Shown here piece by piece: positions 1 through 13,949 of a stretch of 64,000 nt of DNA. The position numbers and the translations under genes were made by a program. The stretch's first letter is position 1; every line of letters begins with the position of its first letter. Below the pieces are notes generated by a model. That model had not been told where the DNA came from. It saw only the letters and a list, made by a program, of their open reading frames with translations, and did not search any database. This stretch comes from Eledone cirrhosa (Eukaryota): contig OZ024749.1 of the NCBI GenBank assembly GCA_964016885.1, positions 43,710,001 to 43,774,000 of the forward strand, given 5' to 3'.

Positions 1-38
1 AAATTCCCAGAGTGTATATATACATATATGTGTGTGTA

Positions 39-97
<59 letters not shown>

Positions 98-575
98 ACA
101 TCTATATATATATAAGTACATACACACATGCATACATACATACACACATACACACATATATGTATACATAAACACATTTACATATATACATATATGTATA
201 TATATGTACACATTTACATATATACATATACATACACACATATATGTATGTGTATATGTATGTGCGTATGTAGATGTAAACACATCTACATACACACATA
301 CATACATACATATATGTCTATAAGTATACATAAACGCATCTACATACATAGATACATACACGCATACATGCATACACACATACGTACATACACACACACA
401 TACATACACACATGTTTATATATATATATATATATATAAACACATCTACGTACATACACACATGTTTATATATATATATATATATATATATAAACACATC
501 TACATACATACACACATGTGTATATATGTGCATATATATATACACACATACATCATACATAAATGTATACATACA
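1..575. repeat. Compound (TA)n/(CA)n/(CATA)n microsatellite field
   Basis: Dinucleotide and tetranucleotide runs seen directly. Overlapping YI/HT/CV ORFs are artefacts. Confidence 0.95.
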
Positions 576-1374
576 CCGTTGTATTTGTTTTGATCATGTA
601 GATAGGAGCGCTAAAGACACGCCTTTTCAAATTTAGTTTTGTTTCTGTTGCTTGTTTATTATTTTTCCTGTGTTAAATTACCTTTATAATAACAATATCT
701 ACCTGTTCTCTCTTTTTTTTTGTTTTGTTCCTTTACTTTTGTCGCCATTTAGCTGGAGAATTTTTGTATCTTTTTTCAAGTCTTATCTTTTCTTTCACGT
801 CTTCGTTTCCTGTTTTTTTTATTACTGCCAATTTAAGTTTCTAGTATATTTTCTTTGTTAAATCTGTTTATCATCCTCTCTTTCTTCTTATAACGAAACA
901 CCTTTCTATTCAGTTACTAAATCAACATATTCTACATTATCTGGGCGTAGAAAAAAACACAAAAACAAGACTGTGCGTTTTCTTGAGAGAAACTTGCAAA
1001 TCTGATAAAAAAAATAAAAAAAAAAGATCAGCATTTCAAGTCAATTTAGAAACCTTCAGTTTCAGTGTGGATAGAACCACACATTCTCTCTCAATTAGAC
1101 TATATGTGTACCCTTAGGAATAGGTAATTTTTCGAAAGTTACAATCTTGCTGCTCCCACCATCTAATCCTGTTCGAATTAACAAAGTCACGGGATTTACA
1201 AAATTTTAGCTCAATCACACAACCGCTAAGCGACCCTCAAACGCCTTGAAGTTAGAACATAATATACGCAATAATTAATTTTGTTCTTTTGTTCTTTTGA
1301 TCCTGGTTACAGAAGTTGATTTTTTTCACCTTTGTCTGCTTCCAGCATAACTTGAGCAATATTTGCCTTAACCT

Positions 1375-1650
1375 CTCCATGCTCTCCGTTTATTCTTGCT
1401 CTTCTTGCTCTCCTTTTCTCATAGGTCTCCTTTTTTCATTGCTCTCCTTTTATCCTTGCCCTCCTTGCTCTCCTTTTATCCTGCTCTCCTTGTTCTCCTT
1501 TTATCCTTACTCTCCTTTTCTCATAGCTCTCCTTTTATCATTGCTCTCCTTTTCTCATTGCTCTCCTTTTATCGTTGTTCTCCTTGCTCTCCTTTTCTCA
1601 TTGCTCTCCTTTTATCCTTACTCTCCTTTTATCCTTGCTCTCCCCATTAT
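1375..1650. repeat. Degenerate ~17-18 bp pyrimidine-rich minisatellite (ttgctctccttttatcc / ttgctctccttttctca)
   Basis: About 15 imperfect copies of the ttgctctcctttt core. Confidence 0.85.
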
Positions 1651-1980
1651 ATTATCCTTCTAATATCAAGAATAAGTCTGAACAAGTTTTTAATTTAAGA
1701 GAAAATTATATAAGAGATAAAAAGTTTTATCTGAAAAAATAACTTTCCGGGCGAAAGCTTCAAAATTTCACGGTCGATGAGGGTGGCCATGCTGTTGTCC
1801 GCCTGATCTAAATGTTTGCATAGATTCGTGTTTTGTTAATTGAAATAAGATAGGTCGTTTAGAAACTTGATAGGTCGTTTAGAAAGTTGAAAAATAAGGG
1901 CCACCCTAGAGTGTATGTATGTATATGTGTATGTCTGCGTGTGAATATGTATATATGCAGGTATGTGATGCGTGTGTGCG

Positions 1981-2183
1981 TACGAGACTCGGCTGAAAAT
2001 TTCATTGGCTGAGAATGAAAGATTGATGCTAGAACTGTGAAATCTTGCATGGATTAATTTCAACTCTTCTTCTTAATAACGGAATTGTTTTTTTTCTAGG
2101 GACTATGTTGAAAAATAAACCTCATTTGGTCATTTCACTAGAGTATCTTGGTCAGCCTTTGAATCTTTCAGCCGACCGTCATA
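1981..2183 (-). mobile_element. Mariner-type MITE (~200 bp), copy 1
   Basis: Ends tacgagactcggctgaaaatttca ... tgaatctttcagccgaccgtcata are degenerate TACGAGGG-type TIRs with TA ends. The body is the reverse complement of 11164-11367. Confidence 0.75.
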
Positions 2184-2749
2184 TGTGCGCATTTCACTAG
2201 AGTGTGTGTATGCATACATGCTAGGGAAAGTAGATAGTATGAATGAAATAGCATTAATATTTGATATACAGTCAAAGAGAATTATCTAAAACAAAAGTTC
2301 AAAAACGGTGACTATAAAACATATCTGGTCATGAAGAAAGCCACCGCTCCGTTTTAGCTTCTATTCGTTTTTAAACGAAAGACAAAGCTCGTATGAATTT
2401 TCCCATACAAGGGCTTGTCCCCGTCCATCACAACAGATGAAGGTGGTATGAAGCTGGGGGTGTGGAATATGGGGACAGCGTTCAGACAGCCTGATGAAAG
2501 TAAAAACTACCATTACTATTTTAGGATCAATTACAAGCCAACGAAACAGAAGCAGCCCCTGGGGTTTGGCCTGAAACCAAGACTTGGGGATATTTCCTAG
2601 TAAGCATGTCCAAAAAATGTGTACTACATTTTATTAACGGAAAACTATTTTATTGAATGTTAGATATTTTTACAAAATATAACGTCCATATTTATTTAAT
2701 AAGATGCATGAAAGTTTTAGTAATATTCCATTCTGAGTTCTATTTTATC

Positions 2750-3295
<546 letters not shown>

Positions 3296-3774
3296 TTTGT
3301 TGTTGTTTACATTTATCAAATATTAAAATGTATAATATACGACAGTACGATTTCAGTGTAGAACTGAAGCAGATATCAAATTAAGCGTAATACTGAATTT
3401 AAAATCAACCTAACTTGAAACGGTTTTACATATTGCATAATTTACCAAAAGTCTTTATGTCTTTCACTAATTTTCTAAATGTTATTTTATATTTTAATAC
3501 CACAATTTTAATTAAATGTACATATATTGTTTTTGTGCAAATATTAAAGAATGTTATACATTCATGTCTCTATTCGTGTGTGAATGTATGGAGATTTTTA
3601 TTCATATACTTTACATGAATTCTTTTATGAGTATTTACATATCGTAAAGGCGGTTTTATTTAAAATATATTGTTTATGTTTTACATTGAATATCAATATA
3701 TTACATATTTCGTTAAAAAAAAACAGTCCTAGTAAAACATTTTCTTGTATTAAGAAACATGATATGATGGTTTC

Positions 3775-3915
3775 TGATTTAAGCATAAGGCAAGCATTTC
3801 TGGGGAAGTGGAAAATAGATTAAATCGAGCCCAGTACATTATTCGTGCTTTATCTTATCGACCCCGTAAGGATTAAAGGCAAAATTAACCTCGGCAGGAT
3901 TTGAACTCAGAACGA
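3775..3915 (-). mobile_element. SINE family A fragment
   Basis: tatcgaccccgtaaggattaaaggcaaaattaacctcggcaggatttgaactcag is the reverse complement of the family A B-box plus core. Confidence 0.8.
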
Positions 3916-4639
3916 TTATAGTGATTGGTGAGTGTTTTTGAACTGGTTGAAACAATAATGGGTCTTATTTATGTATAAAATCAATAAAATACAACTTATA
4001 CAATTTTCTGACTTATATATAATTATTCTTTATTAGTTTAATTTTTTGTATATGCTTGGGATCGATGAGAGATCAAGGATTCCATGAAGAGGTCTTTGGT
4101 CTAAAGAGTTTGGGAATCCTAGTGTAGGGATTACCCAGAACTCTTTTTTGTTGTTTATTTTTCTTGTTATATTTAATTGAAGACAAGTGGCCTAGTGGTT
4201 AGGATATTGAACTCCAGATCATAAAATCGTGGGTTAGATTGACTCTTGGGTCAGGTGATTCTTTACACGTTGCTTATGATAGCTTATATCAGCTTATATC
4301 AGCAAAATATAATTATATCAGCTTATATCAGCAAAATATAATTATATCAGCTTATATCAGCAATATAAAGACTAATGGAAACATTGTTTCTCTGATTCGA
4401 TCTGACTGTGAGCTCGACTCCTTTCTTTTCGCTTAGTTCTGTTTCATGAATTCCAAATGAAAAGTTTTCTTCTTTAGATCAGAATAATAAACAAACGTTT
4501 ATTAAAACAATTTTCTACTAAGAAATCAGTTCCCAATATTTACACAATTTATCATAGACAGATCAGATATTTGTTACTTCAAACAGACGTCTCATTCGTC
4601 CCGAATATAATCCAGTTTCGATCTATCTACGATATAAAT

Positions 4640-6295
<1,656 letters not shown>

Positions 6296-6769
6296 TGAAA
6301 TATTTATTATTGGGGACAGACACCGTTTTAGTAGACGTCTGGTGAGAAGAAGAAACTTGAACGATTTTATCTAAATTCTCTCTGTACAGGTTTATGGAGT
6401 CAAACAATTATAAGCCTCAAATAGTCAGAGTCGTTAGAACACTAGGGAGATTGCTTTACAATACTCGTTCCGGCTCTCTGCAGCTCGAGTTCGAATCCCA
6501 TCGTGCTCGACTTTACCTTTCACCCTTCTGAGATCGAAACAGTCCAGTACTGGAGTAGATTCTTCCTTTATATTTATCTCGTTCTCTAGAAAGAATAACT
6601 TTGTGTCAAGACCTGGAGACGGATGGGCTCCACTACGTTTAAATACGTACCCACACCCGAACCCGATGACTCCATGATCTTATCGTCAGTTCAAAAATCC
6701 TAACCACTCGGCCACCAGCCTTCAGGTCCCATGGAGGGATCGAGGGGCTCGAATCGATATGTTAATATA

Positions 6770-7162
6770 GTGTAGGCGCATGGCCTAGTGATAAATGTGT
6801 TGGACCTATGAGTAAAATGTCTTGGGTTCGACTCCTGGACTGGGTTGTGTGCCGTTTTCTTGAGTAAAACACTTCATTTCACGTCGTCCCAGTATACTCA
6901 ACTGAGAATGAATACCAGCAATAACTGGGGGTTTAACCCTGCGATGGACTGGCGCCCTATCCAGTGGTCTTGCACTCTCGGTCGCTTCACGTCACGCAAA
7001 CCGACATAAGCACCAGCCCAAAGAATCTCCTGACTCAAGACTAATTTTAACCCTGCGACGGACTAGCGTTCTGTCTATGGGGTTGTCATGGACTCTCGGT
7101 CGCTTCACGCCACGGAAAACGAGATTAGGACCAGCCCAGTGAATCTCCAGGCTCGAGACTAC
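6770..7162 (+). mobile_element. tRNA-derived SINE (family C) with tandem duplication of its 3' part
   Basis: A-box tggcctagtga and B-box gggttcgactcc, then ttcttgagtaaaacactt. The segment ttaaccctgcgatggactggcg...ctcaagacta at ~6934-7043 is repeated at ~7047-7161. Confidence 0.75.
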
Positions 7163-7442
7163 ATATAGATACTAAGAGTGGTGATAAAGGTAGTCAAATA
7201 CGCCGCAATGCTTTACAACATTCAGTTATTGAGTTCAAATCCTGCCACCGATGCCAAATTTGGTTTTGGTCCTTCCAGGGAGGGGGGTCAATAAAATAAA
7301 GTATCAATCAAGTACTTGGGTAAATTTAATCGATTTATAACTCCACCAAATATATTTGGCCTTTTGCCAAAGCTATGAATCAATATGAGAATATATATAT
7401 ATATATATATATAGAAGGTTCTGTCTGTATAATGTATGCATG

Positions 7443-7476
<34 letters not shown>

Positions 7477-7866
7477 CGTGTGTGTGCGTGTATGTGAGTG
7501 TATGTATGTATGTATCTATACACTATATATACATATATATATATATATATACATATATATACACATACATACATATGTACATACATATATATATAACATA
7601 CATACATATATTTACACATACATACATATATACACACATATATATAACATACATAATCGTATTATAGGGACAGTCATACAGTATAGATAGATATGTCTGT
7701 AGATGTGTTAGAAATGTCAAACATACTGACCTTTTCCTTCCATAATAAGAAAGACTTAATACAATTACCTGCCAACATAAAAATAACTGAGCGACAACCG
7801 TTTCGAATCAACAAAAGACGAAAATCCACCTTGCTTTTTTCTATTGTTAGATTGGCGTGACATATT

Positions 7867-7932
<66 letters not shown>

Positions 7933-7978
7933 ATACATATATATACATATATATATATATGTGTGAATATATATATAT

Positions 7979-8006
7979 AAGTGTGTATACATTTTGTAGG
8001 ACACCC

Positions 8007-8048
<42 letters not shown>

Positions 8049-8075
8049 CTGTCCTAAAAAATGTATACACACTTC
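7979..8075. mobile_element. Two Tc1/mariner-like TIRs facing away from each other across a (TA)n tract
   Basis: aagtgtgtatacattttgtaggacaccctata and tataggctgtcctaaaaaatgtatacacactt are near reverse complements ending in TA. Confidence 0.55.
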
Positions 8076-8247
8076 AACAGTATTCTCATCAAAGTGTGTA
8101 TGTATGTGTATATATATATATGTGTGTGTATAGAGAGATAGAGAGGGAGACGTGAATATTCATAAAGATATTTGAGTATTTATGTGTGTACACACACACG
8201 CACGCACACACGCACGCACGCACACACACACACACACGCGCGCACGC

Positions 8248-8312
<65 letters not shown>

Positions 8313-8948
8313 TTCCTACGATTGTGCGTGTGAACGGTGTACTTTATTTAGCCATACATAAATAACCTACTGGAAGATATAAAACTGTGTGTGGCGCGTA
8401 CGTGCGTGTTTGTGTGTCTGTGTGTGTTTGATGTATCTCTTAAAATCAGATACTGTCAATATTGTTTAATAAGAATCCACAAAAGACAGTCGCTTCTGAT
8501 AACATCCACACACAAGATTACTACTACACTCATATACAGTGAATAGAATAGTACAGTTATCACAGTGGTTCTAAATCCTGTCTCTCTCTCTCTCTCTCTC
8601 TCCATCTGTATATATATATATATATATATATACATATATATATGTATGTAGGTATATATATGTATATGATGTGAGAAAAACCACAGACCCTCCATATTAA
8701 CTTTACTTTTGAAAAGCAGAAGAACTGCGAACCCGGTAAAGGAACCAAATAAATATATATATATTTTTTTTTAATAAGACTCCAGTTGCATTTTCGATTT
8801 CATCTTTTTTTCTTTATACTTTCACTCGTGTAGGACACCTCGGTTATTTTTCATTTTATAAAAAAAAACCTCACTTTCTCATATATATATATATATATAT
8901 ATGTATATATGAATTATAAGAATCAAAGAACTGTTCAAAACATTTTTA

Positions 8949-8995
8949 TGCTTACAACTGTTTCCTCCAAACCGAGGCTTGGATTCTTCGGAGCA
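8949..8995 (-). ncRNA. Minimal type I hammerhead-like fold (U4C variant)
   Basis: Minus strand reads tgct-CCGAAGA-a-tccaagc(ctcg)gtttgga-g-GAAA-ca(gt)tg-TA-agca. Stems I, II and III all pair. Confidence 0.6.
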
Positions 8996-9682
8996 ATTTA
9001 TTATTGAATGAACACTTTTATTACCTCCTTTTCACCCAAGAGACATACAGATACATATGCAAATATTGTGGGTCAATTAGGTATATTACTGCCTACCACT
9101 ACTTAGGGTTTATAAAAATATATATAACTACAAAAGGTTTTTGTATTTGCATAACCATAAATAGAATAATCAATACTATATGTATGTATGTATGTATGTA
9201 TGTATATAGCCATATATTTTGGGTTCTGTTGCTCTTTGTTTTATTTTCATAGAGTTTCCATTTTTCGGAAATCACCCTCTAAACCGGAAATTACTGACTG
9301 TGTGTCAGTGTTTTAAAAATGAGAGATTAGATTATTGCGAGATTTTGTAGAAGGAAGAGATATTTGCCAAAAGTCTGAGAGGGAAGAACGGCGGGAACCA
9401 GCAATTGAAAGATATTTCTTCATGACTTCTCAAAACGGTAACACTTTCCATATAAAATGTTAATTTTCTCCTCAAATGTAAATTGAGACAAAAGGTTGAT
9501 CGGTTTGAGATCGATACCTTATTCCTAAAATTGTTGATCTTGGTATGATTAAAGGAAGATTGACGACAAAGGGTTTTTTTCTATTTCTTTTAGCAAACTA
9601 GGTAAGATGGATGTTAATAAATAAATACAGAAATAAAAATAATTATAATAAGGATTATTATGATTACTATCACACAATATAA

Positions 9683-9874
9683 CGGTGGATTGGCAGTATC
9701 GGTAGAGGGTCGGACGCCATGCTTTGACGCATAGAGTTACGGCCCTTTATGGTCTGAGTTCAAATCCCACCGAGGTTAACTTTGCCTTTCATCCTTACGG
9801 AGTCGATAAAATAAAGTACCAGTAATACACTGATATAATTGCTGGCCTTGTTCCCAAGGTAAAAACAATTATTA
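9683..9874 (+). mobile_element. SINE family A, near full length, with target-site duplication
   Basis: A-box tggcagtatcgg, B-box gagttcaaatcc, core gcctttcatccttacggagtcgataaaataaagtaccag and (ATT)n tail. attactatcacacaa occurs at both 9663 and 9871. Confidence 0.9.
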
Positions 9875-9943
9875 CTATCACACAACACACAAAAACAAGA
9901 TGGTGTAGGACAGAACAAAGGAGAGACACAAAATAAAAACCTA

Positions 9944-9986
9944 GTCACTGAGGAGGTCACAGAATGTGTGACGAAAGAGCTTTGAC
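9944..9986 (+). ncRNA. Minimal type I hammerhead ribozyme motif in Penelope-like terminal repeat (element ~9890-10105)
   Basis: gtca-CTGAGGA-g-gtcaca(gaatg)tgtgac-GAAA-g(ag)c-TT-tgac has an intact core. A homologous copy lies at 18167-18209 (-). Confidence 0.75.
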
Positions 9987-10153
9987 AATATATAAACAAC
10001 CTTCCGGTTATCGAACCGACCAACCGGAAACTTATAATAAATTGAAGTGAAAACCAACAGGTGTGTTTCTATTGGCAACATGACCATCCCAAAGTAGACC
10101 AATATTATTACTATTGTTATCATCATTATTATTGTTATTATTATCAATGTTAT

Positions 10154-10206
<53 letters not shown>

Positions 10207-10304
10207 TTAATATCATTATTACAACGCAACCATATATGAATTATTATGATTTTTGCTGCTGGTGGTGTTATTGAAGGGAGAAGTTTACGTAGTGGGTTGT
10301 AAAC

Positions 10305-10790
10305 TATAGTGATGGTGGTGGTGATGGTGGTGATGGTGGTGATGGTGATGGGGATAGGTGTTATATTGGTGGTGGTGATGGTGGTGGTGATGGTGGTGGT
10401 GATGGTGGTGGTGGTGGTGATAGCTGTTATATTGGTGGTGGTGATGGTGGTGGTGATAGCTGTTATATTGGTGGTGGTGATGGTGGTGGTGATAGCTGTT
10501 ATATTGGAGGTGGTGTTGATGGAGGTGATGGTAGCTGTTATATTGGTGGTGGTGGTGGTGGTGATACTAAACATAGTGATATCGAGTGTGGTGGTGGTTG
10601 TGGTGGTGGTGATGTTCGCGGTTGTGGTTGTGATGGTGGTGGCTGTGGTGGTTGTAGTGTTCGTGGTGGTGATGGTTATGGTGGTTGTGGTGGTTGTGGT
10701 GGTGATGGTGTTCGTGGTGGGGGTTATGTTGGTGGTGGTGTTCGTGATGGTGGTGGTGGTGGTGGTGACGGTGAAGGTTATAATGATGGT
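10305..10790. repeat. Compound (GGT/GAT)n trinucleotide repeat
   Basis: Direct. The poly-T and poly-V ORFs are artefacts. Confidence 0.9.
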
Positions 10791-11039
10791 TGTCAAATCT
10801 TTGTCATTATCTTACTTCAGATGTACTAATTACTTTTTTTGGTTACCCCCTAAGCAGAGATCAAGAGATAATTGTAAAAAGTACTCGCTCTTGGCTTTTT
10901 TCCATATTCGACAATAATTTTGTTAAAATTCCTTATAAGAAAGGCGACGTTCTTTTTGAAAAAATCTATGAGTTCCTAGGATATCTTAAAGTGCCAAGAA
11001 TTTGTTTCGCTACAAATTGTAATTTACTTTATATATATA

Positions 11040-11122
<83 letters not shown>

Positions 11123-11163
11123 GCGGAATTCCAGCATCTTCGAAAAGTACATTTAACTATCTA

Positions 11164-11367
11164 AACGAGGGTCAACTGTAAAGTTCATAGAATGACAGAT
11201 ATACTCTCATAGAATGACCAAATGAGGTTTATTTTTTAACAGAGACCCTGGAAATAAGAACAATGCAGTTATTAACAAAAAGAGTTGAAATTAATGCCAG
11301 CAAGATTTCACAACCCTAGCATCAATCCTTCATTGTCAGCCTATGAACTGTTCGGCCGACCCTCGTA
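11164..11367 (+). mobile_element. Mariner-type MITE (~200 bp), copy 2
   Basis: TIRs acgagggtcaactgtaaagttcatag ... ctatgaactgttcggccgaccctcgta. No ORF. Confidence 0.8.
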
Positions 11368-11490
11368 TTTGGGTGGATTTTATTGTTAGGAAATAAACAG
11401 AACTATTTTGGGGATACATTATCTGCAAAGGTCTGTCGTCCTCTCCGAACGGAAATGTATCTGAATACCTATGATTATTATCGATTTCGA

Positions 11491-11725
11491 GGGCGGTGGA
11501 TTGGCAGTATCGGTAGAGGACCGGACGCCATGCTTTTCAGCAGCATAGAATTGCGCCTCTTTACGGTCTGAGTTCAAATCCCGACGAGGTTAAATTTGCC
11601 TTTCTACCTCACGGGGTCGGTAAAATAAAGTACCAGTCACGCACTGGGATCGATATAATCGACTTTCCCCTCCCCCCCCCCCCCCCCCAAATTACTGGCC
11701 TTGTGCTTATATAAGAAACCATTAT
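11491..11725 (+). mobile_element. SINE family A, full length, with TSD attatcgatttc
   Basis: A/B boxes, core and tail present; flanked by a duplicated attatcgatttc. Confidence 0.9.
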
Positions 11726-12701
11726 CGATTTCAGATCGAATTGGCAACACTGTTATTGAGTTCGTGAATAGATTTCGTTTCGTTTCGATCTGTTATGGTT
11801 TACGTCAAGGCAGATAAGACTAACAGATAAAATGCCTTTCATCATGAGACTAGCCTGTTGTTTAAAGTTTAAACAACAACAACACTAAGTTATGCACCAG
11901 AAGGAATTTGAATTAAAAAGGAATCAAAACAAAACAAAAGAATCGTTCACTGAAAAATCCGCGTGACTCGAGTGGCGAGAAAGTTCAATTCAGAAAACAC
12001 GCATACGACAGATATGTAAATAACTATATATATATATATATATATATAACTATATATATATATATACACGGAGAGACAAATGTACATACATTAATACATA
12101 CATACATAATGCATGCGAGCATACACTCGTACGTACACATTATGCATATATACATATATAAAAATAAATACACATACATAGTACATGCAAATACACACAC
12201 ACACACACACACACAACAGATAGGTAAATATCTACATATATATATATACTTACATATATACAAACGTACATACATTCGTACATAGACACAAATACACATA
12301 CATAGTACGTGCAAGCACAGAAATATATACATACACACGCGCACGCACACATACACACACACAGAGAGATACATAGTCATACATAGAATATGAGTGGAGG
12401 TTAGAGAGCTAGACAGCTAAGAGAAGACAACCTCAACACTCCAAAGGTATTGAAGTGACTGAAAACAGAAGGTCATAGTTTATAAGAAAACATTTGCTCT
12501 CGAGGAGAAATAGTAATTATTGAAAATAATAGAATTTCTATTGTTGTATTAATGTGTTTTAAAGTTTTATGGAAAAAACTCATTAATTTCCCCATAACAC
12601 TAGCTGATGGTGATAAATAAAGATACTAATATTTTCGCGTATAAAACTTTCACGTATACACGTACACACACATATACATTTTATAAATGCAAAGCGTGTA
12701 T

Positions 12702-12799
<98 letters not shown>

Positions 12800-12902
12800 G
12801 GAGGGTCATATTTGCGTAATATTGCCAGAATTAATAACAGAACACACTCACTGTTTGGTTGGTTTTCGCTTCTCGCTGTCTTTTATCGCTAATTCATCGC
12901 CG

Positions 12903-12941
<39 letters not shown>

Positions 12942-13013
12942 CAGAGTTGAGGTTTCTTTCTCCTTCCATATATATATGTAAGGAGAGAGAAACAGCAAAT
13001 CAGTATGAATGTA

Positions 13014-13060
<47 letters not shown>

Positions 13061-13062
<2 letters not shown>

Positions 13063-13220
13063 CAAAGAAAGTGTGGTAAGAAACCAGGTGGACCATAACG
13101 TACCAGAGTACTCGTTACTTAGGGTAGTAGAGAGGGTAATAGGAAAAGATCCGAACTAAGCCCGGGGTTTAGTCGAAACGGCCGGTGCTCAGCCGTCCGG
13201 CTCCTGACTCTTTTCCTATA
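13061..13220 (+). mobile_element. Penelope-like terminal fragment: inverted tail plus 3' half of a hammerhead, in (TA)n
   Basis: 13061-13149 is the reverse complement of the tail seen at 29408-29497 and 37568-37658. It is followed by GAAA-cggc(cggtgctca)gccg-TC. Confidence 0.6.
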
Positions 13221-13251
13221 AATAAATATATATATATATATATAAATAATA

Positions 13252-13310
<59 letters not shown>

Positions 13311-13949
13311 AAAGCATTTCTGGCCAAGATACGTGACTTATATTTATTATAAGCATCAGCACACTTTAAGAGTTTAATATATTGTATGAAGTGATACCAA
13401 CTGACTTTTTAACAATATATCGTATGGATAGAATAGATGTCGTCTTACATTCTTACATTTCAGAATAGTACAGAATACCATAGATTCTGCTAGCAATATA
13501 ATAAACACTACTTGAAGTATCTCACTGCTGGTGTATGTATTTGTTAGCTTATATATTCAATCAATATAGCAACGAGTGAAAACTGAATATAAATGAACAA
13601 TTGTATTGCGACTTACTATCGAGAACTGACATCGCCATGTTGAGTTTATAACAAAGCTGTTAATGTATTTGCACTATTACACAGTATTTTTATTTCTGTT
13701 TTTGCTTTTTTAACGATGCTATATAGTAAATGGTAAAGTGAAACAAATAGACCACTGGATCGTGTTTCTGTCGCTGAAGATTTTGTTTTTGTTCATATAT
13801 CGTATTTACTAGGTGAATTAGCAGAGCCGTTAGGACGACATAAGTTGCAGTATTTGCAACTGTTTGTTACGTTTTGGGTTCGATTTCGAATCTTGTCGCG
13901 ACCGACTTTACTTTATATCCTTCCTGAGTGAATAAAGAAAAAAAATCAA

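Noticed and set aside
1375-1650. Collagen-like KGEQG repeats on the minus strand
   Set aside because: Frequent in-frame stops and unit lengths not divisible by 3; treated as a minisatellite.
2430-2612. CTGATGA at ~2491 and GAAAC downstream as a hammerhead
   Set aside because: I could not build a convincing stem II or stem I; it may be a rearranged relic.
9683-9775. tRNA genes at SINE heads (all A/B-box hits)
   Set aside because: No complete cloverleaf, and each continues into a SINE body and tail.
10032-10917. Mucin-like poly-Thr or poly-Val ORFs (also 25989-26792, 40111-40942, 58125-58834)
   Set aside because: Pure trinucleotide-repeat translations with no supporting non-repetitive coding context.
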